64,000 nt of DNA, from positions 691-64,690 of the forward strand of contig JAZQFQ010000092.1 of the NCBI GenBank assembly GCA_045539595.1, given 5' to 3'. The stretch comes from Eubacteriales bacterium (GTDB taxonomy: Bacteria; Bacillota; Clostridia; Oscillospirales; CAG-272). Shown here one piece after another: positions 36,613 to 45,765 of the stretch (the first letter of the stretch is position 1; the number at the start of each line of letters is the position of its first letter). The notes beneath the pieces were generated by a model. The model worked only from the letters and a program-made list of their open reading frames with translations, searched no databases and was not told the DNA's origin. The position numbers and the translations under genes are program-made.

Positions 36613-38396
36613 ACCGCCCACACCTCCTCCAATTCCTTCATGGTCTCAAACCGCTGCTCGCACCACTCGGGGGCATTGGCCCTTACCAGCGCGATGGCGA
36701 AGGGCGGCGGGACGGCGTTGCCGCACCGGGCGACCTGCTCCTTCTTGGGATAGGCGTTGCCATAGCAGTCGGTTTCGATCTCATAATCCTCCGGGAAGCC
36801 CTGGGCGCTGTAGAGCTCCCGGGGCGTCAGCATCCGCAGTCCGATGTCTACGATCTGATAGTCTACACCCTGAACCGTCACAAGGCCGAAGCGGTCCCGG
36901 GTGGTGATGGTGTCGAGGGGCTTGTCTACCGGCTGGCATCCTTCCCCACTGTAATACTTGATGAGCATCGCCCGGACCTCTGCAAAGTGGTTGCTCTGGG
37001 CGGTGATGGTGGGCATCGGCTCCCGGAGATCCCGGCAGTCGCAATGGTTGTTGAACTGTAAAAGGGTTGCCGCGGCGAGGGCGTGTTTTCCGCTGCCGAC
37101 CACCGTCCCCGGCGGCTTTTGCGGGTCAAGCGCCCGTGGCTGCTGCCCGGACCGCTCTCCGTAGCCCGTTTGCACCAGGGTGGCCCCGACCAGCCCGTAA
37201 CGGTTGGCGGCATCCACTGTCTGGAGGGGCGCTTCCAAGGCCTGCCCCCGGTGCTCACGCGGGGACTGCTCTGTGTGATACTGAATCATCGTCGGCGCCA
37301 CAACTCCAAAGCGTGTCGCGCCAGGCATCACGGTATCAAGCGGTTCTTCAGGAGATTGCCCAACACTGTTCTGCTGGAACTTCGTCACAATAGGCGTCAC
37401 CACGCCAAAGCCGTGTTTAGCCGTCACCGTAGGCATAGGCTCGTTCAACGGTTGTCCCCGGAAAGCTTCGCCGCTGTGATTGATCTGGACGATAAAGGGC
37501 TCCGGGTTGTCGATGACGAACTTCTGCAGGCCCTTGGCGATTCGCTTCAGGGTGTTCTCCGCCAGGGGCTTCTTGCGCTCGAAGATGGAGGGGCAGGGCA
37601 GCGACCAGTCAATGACCTCCGCCGCCGTGCGCCAGGGCAGGCGCTTGCCTGTCTGCACCGGCAGGCTCTTGGGGTCGCCATGGGTGGGCTCCGGCCACAC
37701 AATGGGCTTGCTGTCCCTTCTGGCCAGCAGGAAGAACCTGCGGCGGCTGGTGGGAGCGCCGAAATCGCTGGCGATCAGCTCGTTCCACTCCACTTTGTAC
37801 CCCAGAGCTTCCAGGTGGCCCACAAACTGCTGGAAGGTCTTGCCCTTGCGCCTTGGGTCCGGGGTGAGGGCGCGCAGATGTTTGGGCACGTTCTCACCTT
37901 TCTCCGCTTCCACCAGCTTCACGGTCTCCTTGCCGCGCTCGTCAACCACGGTGACCTGCTTCATTACCCGCCCGTGAGGACCCCGCAGGGCAATGCAGGG
38001 TCCCCAGGTGAGAAACTCGGGGACGTTCTCCATGCTGATGATGCGGGGTTTTACTTTTGCTGCCCATTGGACCACCACCCAAGCAAGGGAGCGGATCTGT
38101 TTATTGACCGGCTTTGCGCCCTTGGCCCGGGAGAAGTGCTTGCAGTCCGGGGAGAAGTGGGCCCAGCCCACCCTCCGTCCGGCACAGGCTTCCACCGGGT
38201 CTACTTCGAAGATGTTGGTCTGATAATGGCGGGTGAAGGGATGGTTTTTCTTATGTAGGGCGATGGCCGCCGCGTCGTGGTTGATGCCCACATCCACCGG
38301 ACGACCTGTGGCCAGCTCAATGCCCGTGGACCACCCGCCGCCTCCGCAGAAGCCGTCCACAATGATCTCCTGCAGGAGGTTTACCTGTTGGGTCAT
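36609..38396 (-). CDS. phage C5 cytosine DNA methyltransferase (large type)
   Basis: DGFCGGGG, SPDCKHFS, ENVPEF, PTSRRRFF, RMLTPREL, CGNAVPP. Confidence 0.92.
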   Translation of the reverse strand: MTQQVNLLQEIIVDGFCGGGGWSTGIELATGRPVDVGINHDAAAIALHKKNHPFTRHYQTNIFEVDPVEACAGRRVGWAHFSPDCKHFSRAKGAKPVNKQIRSLAWVVVQWAAKVKPRIISMENVPEFLTWGPCIALRGPHGRVMKQVTVVDERGKETVKLVEAEKGENVPKHLRALTPDPRRKGKTFQQFVGHLEALGYKVEWNELIASDFGAPTSRRRFFLLARRDSKPIVWPEPTHGDPKSLPVQTGKRLPWRTAAEVIDWSLPCPSIFERKKPLAENTLKRIAKGLQKFVIDNPEPFIVQINHSGEAFRGQPLNEPMPTVTAKHGFGVVTPIVTKFQQNSVGQSPEEPLDTVMPGATRFGVVAPTMIQYHTEQSPREHRGQALEAPLQTVDAANRYGLVGATLVQTGYGERSGQQPRALDPQKPPGTVVGSGKHALAAATLLQFNNHCDCRDLREPMPTITAQSNHFAEVRAMLIKYYSGEGCQPVDKPLDTITTRDRFGLVTVQGVDYQIVDIGLRMLTPRELYSAQGFPEDYEIETDCYGNAYPKKEQVARCGNAVPPPFAIALVRANAPEWCEQRFETMKELEEVWAV

Positions 38397-38608
38397 TCCT
38401 TTTTCCTCTTTGCCAGCATATTTCCGTACAATCCGCATTCCTCCAGCGGCACTTCACGTAGCACCTTGACCTTCGGGGCGCGGACTTTGCCGTCACTATG
38501 AGTCGGGAGTACGATAGAATCGATCTCTGCTTCAACCTCCAGAATGGCAAGGTCCTTCCAGTTTCGCCCCCAATCAAGGCACCAATAGTGAACGATAATT
38601 TCATCCAT
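38393..38608 (-). CDS. hypothetical protein
   Basis: SDGKVRAPKVKVLREV motif. Confidence 0.6.
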   Translation of the reverse strand: MDEIIVHYWCLDWGRNWKDLAILEVEAEIDSIVLPTHSDGKVRAPKVKVLREVPLEECGLYGNMLAKRKKE

Positions 38609-38915
38609 TGTTGTCACCTCCGTATGTAGGCGCTTTGTAAACGCTGTGATCCCTATGGATTCTATCGTCGCAAGGTGCGATAGCGCAGGGCTTGATGGAC
38701 AAGATTCTGTCATTGGGGTAATCTCCAACATGGCTGATAATGACCATGCAGCAGCGCCCTGTACCGAACCTCTCATCCTCTTTGTACGTATATTCGTTGA
38801 GGCCGATGTAGTCTCCGGCCGTATAGTTAGGGCCGTAATTTCCACGGATGAAGAGCTGCTTGCCCGCAGCGATGTTCTCAAACTCTTGGTTGCTGATTTC
38901 GATGGTGTAAATCAT
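38601..38915 (-). CDS. ASCH/DUF3850 domain protein
   Basis: FENIAAGK, YTAGDYIGLNEY, TGR. Confidence 0.7.
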   Translation of the reverse strand: MIYTIEISNQEFENIAAGKQLFIRGNYGPNYTAGDYIGLNEYTYKEDERFGTGRCCMVIISHVGDYPNDRILSIKPCAIAPCDDRIHRDHSVYKAPTYGGDNNG

Positions 38916-39376
38916 GTTTCTCCCTCCTTGATCGCCCGGATACAGACCTCCACCCGGGGCGCTTCGTCGTATAGTTTGATCACCCGGCCATCCACCACCT
39001 GGGCGTCATCCAACCAAGCAAGGCCGTTTAGTGCGTCGCAAACGATCTTACCGATGTTGTCAAAGTCCGGCTTCTTGGTGGGCCTTGTTTTGTTGGCCAG
39101 CATTTGGGCCGCCACCTTCTTTGTGACCGATCTCGGCACAGGATAATAAGCGAATATGATGACGCACACTGGAACCCCTTTCCCATACGGCGCAACGAAG
39201 CACTGGCTGGCAAAAGCGTGTTTAACAAGGCCCTCATAGTCTCTTGTCTTTTGGGGCGTGTAGGCCCGTCTATTGCCTAATTTCGGCCGCCCTTTTCCTA
39301 CCGGGGGGCCGGGAATAACAAACCTCAGCCCGTCTTTTTCCTCCAGTTGGATACAAGCCCCTTCCTTTTGCGCCAT
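38912..39376 (-). CDS. rusA: RusA family Holliday junction resolvase
   Basis: PVGKGRP, KKPDFDNIGKIVCDALNG..WLDDAQV. Confidence 0.9.
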   Translation of the reverse strand: MAQKEGACIQLEEKDGLRFVIPGPPVGKGRPKLGNRRAYTPQKTRDYEGLVKHAFASQCFVAPYGKGVPVCVIIFAYYPVPRSVTKKVAAQMLANKTRPTKKPDFDNIGKIVCDALNGLAWLDDAQVVDGRVIKLYDEAPRVEVCIRAIKEGET

Positions 39377-39804
39377 TTGTAGATCATCTCCTTGCTGCAG
39401 CCGACCAGCTTTGCGATCTCCGGGTCATACATCCCCTGACCGTACAATTCCGCAACCTTGTTGTAGTCAATTGTCGTTTCCGTTCCAGTGCAGTGATTGG
39501 GTGGAAGCCCCCGGCGCTTTCTCCAGTTAGCAACGGAGCTGGATGCTACCCCCATTGCCCGGCCCATCTCCGCATCGTTCAGGTGCTGCTTGTAAAGCCG
39601 CAGGGCCATTGCCTCGTCGATCTTCTTCCTGGAAGATGCGATCTCGATACCCTTCTTCGGCTTTCCGTCCCGACCAGAAACAAACTTGGTACACTTATCT
39701 CCACCGTCACAGCCTCTCATATGTCCGGTGTAGCCGATGTAATCGCATGCCCAGCCACAGGACACGGGGAATCCATAGGCACAATACTTGCAGCGGTCAC
39801 TCAT
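39325..39804 (-). CDS. Cys-rich N-terminus plus tandem HTH protein
   Basis: CKYC, two DxEI..GxS...WRKRxGL repeats. Confidence 0.7.
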   Translation of the reverse strand: MSDRCKYCAYGFPVSCGWACDYIGYTGHMRGCDGGDKCTKFVSGRDGKPKKGIEIASSRKKIDEAMALRLYKQHLNDAEMGRAMGVASSSVANWRKRRGLPPNHCTGTETTIDYNKVAELYGQGMYDPEIAKLVGCSKEMIYKWRKRKGLVSNWRKKTG

Positions 39805-40576
39805 CCTTTTCTTCCTCCAGCATCCGGCGCATCCATTCCGCGTTCTTTCGGGCATTGGGTGGAACGGCAACTGCATCCCGTTTGTGATCGGCGGCGGGAG
39901 CTGGTTTCACCTCGTCCAGCCAGCCCTTGGCATTAAGCCAGGTAGCAGGGTACGGGATAAATTGGCCGTTATTCTTTTTCCAGTCTTCCGAGGCAATGAG
40001 CAAAGGCAGCTTCGCCATTATGGCACTTACGATATCGTCGCTAGGCTTCAGCTTGTCCCACGCAGTCTTGGCCTGGCCCATGGAACGTTTCTTGGGATAC
40101 AAAGCCCAAAACGCCTCAAAAGCCTGCTCGTGCTTGCTCTTCCCCCGGGGGGGAGTAAGGGGGGGAGAAATATATTCCTTACTTTCTTCTTCTTCTTCCT
40201 TCTTCCTACTTCCTTCTTCGCTAGCACCTTTTTGGGTTTTGCTATCGTTTGCTAACGGCTTGCTAGCGGGTTGCTTACGCTCTGCTACAGGTTTGCTAGC
40301 GGTTTGCTTGCATTCTGCTACAGGCATTCCGGTCGACTGCTCCGATTTGCTATAGCCGCCCTTGCTTCCCGCTTCCGCTTTTTTCTTGGATGCGTCCAGG
40401 TTAGGCTTGGTCAGGGCCAACATGGCAGCAGGCGCTCCAGTCAGGGCTGTCTCGGTTCCGTTCAGAGCGTATTCACAGATTGCCATGAGATAGCCAGCCT
40501 GTTCCTCTGGGGTATTCAGCAAGCATGCCGCTTCATAGAAGGAGCGGAAGAACTTAAATGTTTGCCGCTGCTCCAT
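39797..40576 (-). CDS. replication initiator (DUF6291-like N-terminus)
   Basis: FKFFRSFYEA, ICEYALNG, FEAFWALYPKK, FIPYPATWLN. Confidence 0.85.
   Translation of the reverse strand: MEQRQTFKFFRSFYEAACLLNTPEEQAGYLMAICEYALNGTETALTGAPAAMLALTKPNLDASKKKAEAGSKGGYSKSEQSTGMPVAECKQTASKPVAERKQPASKPLANDSKTQKGASEEGSRKKEEEEESKEYISPPLTPPRGKSKHEQAFEAFWALYPKKRSMGQAKTAWDKLKPSDDIVSAIMAKLPLLIASEDWKKNNGQFIPYPATWLNAKGWLDEVKPAPAADHKRDAVAVPPNARKNAEWMRRMLEEEKDE
40240..40325. repeat. about 11-bp TTGCTA/CTGCTA iteron array in the initiator gene (putative origin)
   Basis: ttgctatcgtttgctaacggcttgctagcgggttgcttacgctctgctacaggtttgctagcggtttgcttgcattctgctacagg. Confidence 0.7.
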
Positions 40577-40579
40577 AGC

Positions 40580-40969
40580 TTAAAAGGGCAGCTCGACATC
40601 GTCGTCGCTGAGCTCTTCGTAGTCTGGCTCTCCGCAAACTGCCTCTTCCCGCTTGGAGTCGGCGAAATAGATGTTATCAGCCAGAACCTCAGCGTTGCGG
40701 CGTTTGTTACCGTTCTTGTCCTCCCAGTCTCGGAACTGCAGGCGACCCTCCACCACGGCCATACGGCCCTTGGAGAAGTATTTTTCGGCAAATTCAGCAG
40801 CGGAACGCCAGGCGACGATATCGACGAAATCCGTCACCCTCTGTCCGTTCTTGTCCTTGAAATCCCGATCACAGGCGACGGTAAAGGAGGCGAACGGAAT
40901 TCCGGAGCCGGTATGCCTGAGTTCCGGGTCTTTAGTCAGGCGACCCATGATGACAATATGGTTGAGCAT
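40580..40969 (-). CDS. ssb: single-stranded DNA-binding protein
   Basis: MLNHIVIMGRLTKDPELR...DDDVELPF. Confidence 0.95.
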   Translation of the reverse strand: MLNHIVIMGRLTKDPELRHTGSGIPFASFTVACDRDFKDKNGQRVTDFVDIVAWRSAAEFAEKYFSKGRMAVVEGRLQFRDWEDKNGNKRRNAEVLADNIYFADSKREEAVCGEPDYEELSDDDVELPF

Positions 40970-40971
40970 AG

Positions 40972-41274
40972 TTACATTTCCTTTCTATAGATAAGGTTTT
41001 CTTCCCTCCAGTTCGGGTAACAGGTCTGGAGGTAATTGGAGATCACCCGGCGAAGGGGAACGCGCATGGATGTCTGGTCATATCTTCTGTGGCAGTTGGC
41101 GCACAGGGTGACGATATTCTCCTCGACGCCCAGCCCACCATGTGCCCGGGAGATATAGTGGGCGTTGGGTTCGGCCTTGTGGGAACCGCAGATGATACAC
41201 TGCTGACCATCCCGTGCCCATACTGTGTCCTTGACCGCTTTGGAGATCGCCAATGCTTTGGTGCGTTTATGCAT
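40972..41274 (-). CDS. HNH endonuclease
   Basis: CIICG, AHYISRAHGG, NIVTLCANCH. Confidence 0.85.
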   Translation of the reverse strand: MHKRTKALAISKAVKDTVWARDGQQCIICGSHKAEPNAHYISRAHGGLGVEENIVTLCANCHRRYDQTSMRVPLRRVISNYLQTCYPNWREENLIYRKEM

Positions 41275-41794
41275 CCCATTGAGCCAAAAGGCTCTCCACC
41301 TCCTCTTTGGGGCGGGTCTCGATGCCGCATGCCTTGCAGTCCTGGATTAGATTGTCAAGCAGGTGGGACATTTGCGTGCGGTCGAAGTCGGACGAGCCGT
41401 AATAAGCCATGACAGTGGTGCAGCCGGGCAGCTTGGAGCCTCTTGTGCTGATCTGGCGGCCATAGTGGTTGGAGCACCAGCGCTCGGCAAAGGCTTTGAC
41501 TGCCTCCGTCTTAATGCAAAGGGTCTCATAGTTGCCTAAATCCCGAATGTGGGTGCGGTACAGTTCCTCCGGGGTGACGTTCAATGTCCGGGCCAGTCTG
41601 CCGCACAGCTCCCAGTAAAACGCATTTGCGTCCAGACTACGCTTTCTCTTCTTCTCCTTCAGGTCGGCGATATAGGTCTTTCCCTCCTGCATGGTTCGGA
41701 GGAAATTCTGAGCCCCCTCATAGGACACCCGGAGCATGAGATAAGTGCCTCCTGCGGACGGTGCCAAAATGGCGTCGGTAAATTCAAGCTCCAT
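41267..41794 (-). CDS. NinB/Orf-like recombination protein
   Basis: KRSLDANAFYW, GSSDFDRTQMSHLLD. Confidence 0.8.
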   Translation of the reverse strand: MELEFTDAILAPSAGGTYLMLRVSYEGAQNFLRTMQEGKTYIADLKEKKRKRSLDANAFYWELCGRLARTLNVTPEELYRTHIRDLGNYETLCIKTEAVKAFAERWCSNHYGRQISTRGSKLPGCTTVMAYYGSSDFDRTQMSHLLDNLIQDCKACGIETRPKEEVESLLAQWDA

Positions 41795-42362
41795 TCATGG
41801 TCTCCTGATGCTTCACCTTCTTTTGCTGGAACTTCATGCAGTCGCCGCACATGATGTTGCCGTAACGGCCTGCGGAGTATTCCGCCATATCCCGCACACT
41901 CCACATGGATCCATCCCGTTTCCTCACGCTGACGATGGGCTTGCCGCAAACTTGGCAAGGTATTTCTGGTTCGTCCTCACTCTCGGGAAGGTCTTCTCCG
42001 GCATAGATGTACAGGCCCAGTCCGTGACGGGCCACCGCCTTGGTGAGGGAGCGCTGCACCGCCTTGTTCACATCGAAACTGGTGATCTGTTCCAGAGGTA
42101 TGGATTTGTTGCGGTGATCCATCACGGGCAGGAATTCGATGTACTCGATCCCCTCCACGGTTACGCCGGTCTTGACCCATGCGGTTTTGCCGTCGGTGTG
42201 GTAAAACAGGCCGTCGGCATTCTCGTAAATCGTATACACCGCTTCTGGGTAGTGCTCTTTTAATTTGGCCCACGCCCACGCCCAGGAGAGATAAGTCAAT
42301 CCGCTCTTCTTCTCGGTGTGGTCGTTGACATTGATTTTACTCAGGGTCTGAAATACGCTCAT
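41784..42362 (-). CDS. Sak/DUF1071 single-strand annealing protein
   Basis: LTYLSWAWAW, QRSLTKAVARHGLGLYIYAGEDLP. Confidence 0.9.
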   Translation of the reverse strand: MSVFQTLSKINVNDHTEKKSGLTYLSWAWAWAKLKEHYPEAVYTIYENADGLFYHTDGKTAWVKTGVTVEGIEYIEFLPVMDHRNKSIPLEQITSFDVNKAVQRSLTKAVARHGLGLYIYAGEDLPESEDEPEIPCQVCGKPIVSVRKRDGSMWSVRDMAEYSAGRYGNIMCGDCMKFQQKKVKHQETMNGA

Positions 42363-42670
42363 GGTTTGCTCCTTCTCCTTTCGAATTCGATGCCCTCCCA
42401 TTTCCAGTTCAGAAAGGCAAGCTGCTCGTCGGTAAATGAGTTCAGATATTTCTGAAAAATGTCGGCAGTCTTTTCCTCACACGCCTTGCACAGGTGGAAC
42501 GCGTCCTGACTTTCCGGGATAATGGAAGCACACAGATAGCAGGCAAACGCCCGCTCATAGAAAAAGCTGCCGCAGTCAGGGCAGACGGAGGATTCCCAGT
42601 GGGCCCCCGGTTCCAGCACCTTATCCGGCTCAGCAAAGACTGTGCCGCAGTCAGCACATATGTAACTCAT
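42359..42670 (-). CDS. Zn-ribbon protein
   Basis: four CxxC pairs. Confidence 0.7.
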   Translation of the reverse strand: MSYICADCGTVFAEPDKVLEPGAHWESSVCPDCGSFFYERAFACYLCASIIPESQDAFHLCKACEEKTADIFQKYLNSFTDEQLAFLNWKWEGIEFERRRSKP

Positions 42671-42864
42671 GCCCACACCACCTTGTAGAACATCCGGTTC
42701 ATTTCCGCCAGGCTCTTATCGGCATAGAGCAGTCTTCCGGTCTGAGCAAGGCGCAGCTTAAAAACGCCATCCTCCTTGTGGAGCAAGTAGTGCCGACCCT
42801 TGTAAAAGAACTCTACGCTGTCTTCGCCCGCAATTCGTTCCCGGGCTTGCGTCCAGTTCACCAT
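42667..42864 (-). CDS. hypothetical protein
   Basis: coupled small ORF with SD. Confidence 0.6.
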   Translation of the reverse strand: MVNWTQARERIAGEDSVEFFYKGRHYLLHKEDGVFKLRLAQTGRLLYADKSLAEMNRMFYKVVWA

Positions 42865-43289
42865 CAGGCCCCCTCCTTTCTCATGCACTTTTTTCTGGCG
42901 GCATACTCACCCAGCAGCTTTTTCAGCGCCGCATAGTGCCATGCCTGCCAGTTGGGATAACCGCACACCTCCAGCACGTCATCCGGGATAGAACTGGCAA
43001 ACAAGGGAGAGACACGGTAACACTTGCGGACACTGGGCTTACGCTTTTCCTGACGCTTTGTTCCGCCCGCGGACGGTTCTTTTTCGCCCAGCAGGTCCAG
43101 GTCATCGTGGTCATAGATTTCCAGCCGGTCCGCCTGAAGGCTGCGCTCCAGCGATTCCAGCCCTTCCTTGTTTGGCAGACATTCACCCTTGATGATGTCG
43201 AGCATCAGCCCAACACCAATACCAACCTTTTCAGCCAGATCAATCAGCAGGATGCCCCGCTCGGTGCGAAGTTCGTTGATACGATTCAT
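42864..43289 (-). CDS. XRE HTH protein
   Basis: MNRINELRTERGILLIDLAEKVG. Confidence 0.8.
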   Translation of the reverse strand: MNRINELRTERGILLIDLAEKVGIGVGLMLDIIKGECLPNKEGLESLERSLQADRLEIYDHDDLDLLGEKEPSAGGTKRQEKRKPSVRKCYRVSPLFASSIPDDVLEVCGYPNWQAWHYAALKKLLGEYAARKKCMRKEGA

Positions 43290-43398
43290 CTTGACAATCC
43301 TTTCTGGCTGAGATATGATAAAAATACACTCAGCCTATTGTTGTGGGATTTGGTTGTGCTGACGCTTGCGAGTTGCCGCTCGTAAGCGTCTTTCTTTT

Positions 43399-43569
43399 TT
43401 ACAGCCATTCCGCGACCTTAACACACAGAGCAGACACTGCGAAGCAAAGGAGCATGGCAACGACGCAGCCGCTGGCGCCGATATAGTCCATGAGGCTATC
43501 CACGCCCAGGAAGAAGATGAGCATCACAGCACAGGCGATGCCGACCAGGATATAACCGCCCGGTTTCAT
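43399..43569 (-). CDS. small two-TM membrane protein
   Basis: MKPGGYILVGIACAVMLIFFLG...; hand translation. Confidence 0.55.
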   Translation of the reverse strand: MKPGGYILVGIACAVMLIFFLGVDSLMDYIGASGCVVAMLLCFAVSALCVKVAEWL

Positions 43570-43721
43570 TTCTTGGTCTCCTTTCTGATCTCATAGCCTG
43601 CGCAGAAGCGTCGCTTGCCGCACTCCTCGCAGGTATCCTTCGTTGTCCTGCCGTGTAGCTGCGTTACGGTGAAAGCCACTTTCAGGTTTTCGGAACAAGG
43701 CTTGCACAGAATTCGTTTCAT
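43566..43721 (-). CDS. small Zn-finger protein
   Basis: LCKPC...TCEECGKRRF; strong SD. Confidence 0.6.
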   Translation of the reverse strand: MKRILCKPCSENLKVAFTVTQLHGRTTKDTCEECGKRRFCAGYEIRKETKK

Positions 43722-43734
43722 ATGGAACTCCTTT

Positions 43735-44199
43735 CTAAATTGCCCCGGCATCCCGGAGCTTGTCCCCACCCTGTTTGGCAAGGCGGCGAACGGTATTGTA
43801 GTTCTTTCCCAGTTTCTTTGATATGTCCCGGAAGTTGTAGCCCTTGGCGCACAGGCATAGCACCTTGCATTCGTCCCCTTGCAGCAGCCGGGATATTGAT
43901 TCACAGAGCGCCTTTGCGTCCTCAAAGTCATTGCTTGCGGAGTCGGCCCCTTTGTTGTCCTCCCACGGCATAGCGAGGAATGGGTCGGTATTCTTTAAAT
44001 ATCTGGCATAACACCGAAGGATGCGCCGGTAAGCATAGGCAAAGAAGTTAGTGTGTACCTTGTCTGCATCCTGAACAGCCAGCCATAGCTCCAGATTTCC
44101 CTCCTGAAGCATATCCTCGTCGTCACACCTGTCCGGAAAGTGCCGGACGAGGACGAGTAGTGGTAGCTTAGAATATGCTTCGTAGGCAGGCTTTTCCAT
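43735..44199 (-). CDS. sigma-70 family factor (regions 2 and 4 in one chain)
   Basis: EDMLQEGNLELWLAV, FFAYAYRRI, GYNFRDISKKLG. Confidence 0.8.
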   Translation of the reverse strand: MEKPAYEAYSKLPLLVLVRHFPDRCDDEDMLQEGNLELWLAVQDADKVHTNFFAYAYRRILRCYARYLKNTDPFLAMPWEDNKGADSASNDFEDAKALCESISRLLQGDECKVLCLCAKGYNFRDISKKLGKNYNTVRRLAKQGGDKLRDAGAI

Positions 44200-44208
44200 A
44201 GAGCTCCT

Positions 44209-44436
44209 TTACTGATGAATCAGCATCATGGGGTAGTCGCCCCGCTTGTATGCCTTCAGGCGTTCCCCGTCTATGCGGTAGACCATGCGGTTGCCGGTTC
44301 CCTTGAAGGCAAAGCCAAAGGGGCAGATACCTTCTCGGATGAAATACCGCAGGTCATGGGCGGTATACATTTTCAGATAGCGGGATGCGATCTCCGGCGT
44401 GATGCGGGGGTAAGCATCGAGTTCCTGGTCGGTCAT
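44209..44436 (-). CDS. excisionase/RDF-like wHTH protein
   Basis: ITPEIASRYL..LRYFIREGICPFGFA; in the cro operon. Confidence 0.65.
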   Translation of the reverse strand: MTDQELDAYPRITPEIASRYLKMYTAHDLRYFIREGICPFGFAFKGTGNRMVYRIDGERLKAYKRGDYPMMLIHQ

Positions 44437-44554
44437 GTGGTAGCACTCCTTTCTGTATGTGGTCTTGCGCGGTTGTGGGGGGATGTGGTAGAATGTAGGA
44501 AAATGAGGCGGAAAAATGTGGCATGCGGATTCCGATAATGGGCGTGGTGGTAGT

Positions 44555-45292
44555 ATGAAAGAGCAAACTGGATTTAAAGGCGTCTTTTGCGTTGTTTGCA
44601 GCGCAATCAGCCTTGTTGTAGCTGTGATCGGCGTTATCCGATTTGCAAGAGGGGAAACAGAAGGAATAGTGATCTGCGCGGCAATATCCCTTGCAAACAG
44701 CTTGATTCAATGCATATGTGGAGCACAAAACAATTTGGTTACAGAGATTGTCACAATCATGGTTGGGGCGGTTGTATCGGCCTTTTGGGACATTGGCTTT
44801 CTAAATTGTGTTGCTCTGCTCTTGTGCGTCTGCGAAATCATAATGACAGTGCTCGGGTATGCTCTCATGGTCTTTGCGGTGCTTGGTGTTTTGGGAGGTT
44901 CTGCCGCATTAAAATTGCGCACGCTTCCAAAGAAAGCTGTAATTATAGTCGTTCTTTTGTTGTTGCTCGCGTCCGTTTGCCTTAATGTCCACCAGAAAGT
45001 GCAGCAGACCGAGCAAGCCTTGGCTTATGAATCTGAGCTTGATGAACTAAAAGCGCAGGTGGACAAGTTGGAGGAAATCAACCAGACGCAAACCCAGACA
45101 ATCAACGATTTGCAACAGACCATTGATTCGAACAACACGGAGTATTACAGTCAAATCGTCTATATCACACTTACTAGCAGTTGCTATCATCGCTCCGAGT
45201 GCTCTTTCTTGGATAGCAAAATAGAATGTGAACTTCGGGTAGCGATTGACCGTGGCTTCCACCCGTGCCCTTCCTGTAAACCACCGGAATGA
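44555..45292 (+). CDS. multi-TM protein with coiled coil and C-terminal Ada-like Zn domain (moron)
   Basis: about 5 TM segments, VYITLTSSCYHRSEC...GFHPCPSCKP. Confidence 0.8.
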   Translation: MKEQTGFKGVFCVVCSAISLVVAVIGVIRFARGETEGIVICAAISLANSLIQCICGAQNNLVTEIVTIMVGAVVSAFWDIGFLNCVALLLCVCEIIMTVLGYALMVFAVLGVLGGSAALKLRTLPKKAVIIVVLLLLLASVCLNVHQKVQQTEQALAYESELDELKAQVDKLEEINQTQTQTINDLQQTIDSNNTEYYSQIVYITLTSSCYHRSECSFLDSKIECELRVAIDRGFHPCPSCKPPE

Positions 45293-45299
45293 TTCTCTT

Positions 45300-45328
45300 A
45301 CCTCCCCTGTTCCTGCAGGGGAGGTTTT
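45300..45328. terminator. intrinsic terminator-like hairpin
   Basis: acctcccctg-ttcctg-caggggaggt-ttt. Confidence 0.6.
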
Positions 45329-45524
45329 ACTTTTCGATGCCAAGCAGATAATCTGTGCTCACCCCAAAGAGCTTGGCTAGACTCACGATTTTGGAACTGG
45401 GGATGTCGGATTTTCCGGCCATCCAATTTTTAAAAGTCTGGTCAGATACCTCAATGGCAGCAGCAACATCCTTCTTGGACATACCACGTCGGGCACGTTC
45501 AGCTTCGATATTAGGGAAAACCAT
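45327..45524 (-). CDS. cro: Cro-like XRE repressor
   Basis: FPNIEAERARRGMSKKDVA...FGVSTDYLLG. Confidence 0.85.
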   Translation of the reverse strand: MVFPNIEAERARRGMSKKDVAAAIEVSDQTFKNWMAGKSDIPSSKIVSLAKLFGVSTDYLLGIEK

Positions 45525-45540
45525 TTCTACACCTCCTTGT

Positions 45541-45632
45541 TTACCCGTTGCGGGTAACTTGTGCCCTAACTATACACCCGTTACGGGTAAGTGTCAATAG
45601 AAATAACAAAAAAATTTACCCGAATTGAGTAA
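45541..45632 (-). promoter_or_regulatory. cro promoter with three 17-bp operators (TTACCCG-N3-CGGGTAA)
   Basis: TTGACA(45597-45592)-17-TATAGT; operators at 45541-45557, 45574-45590 and 45616-45632. Confidence 0.85.
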
Positions 45633-45639
45633 ATAGGGG

Positions 45640-45738
45640 TTAATTGAATTGGCGCACGACAAGGCGCAAAAGCAATTGCGCCGCAACGAATACAGCGTTT
45701 TTTCGTTTTCTGATACGAACTAACCCCGAACTAACGCC
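45640..45738. mobile_element. left att half-site (core AATTGGCG plus a tandem arm repeat)
   Basis: aattggcg at 45647-45654; acgaactaaccccgaactaacgcc at 45715-45738, just past the int stop codon. Confidence 0.65.
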
Positions 45739-45765
45739 AAAAGTATTCCGCACTCCCCTGCGCCC

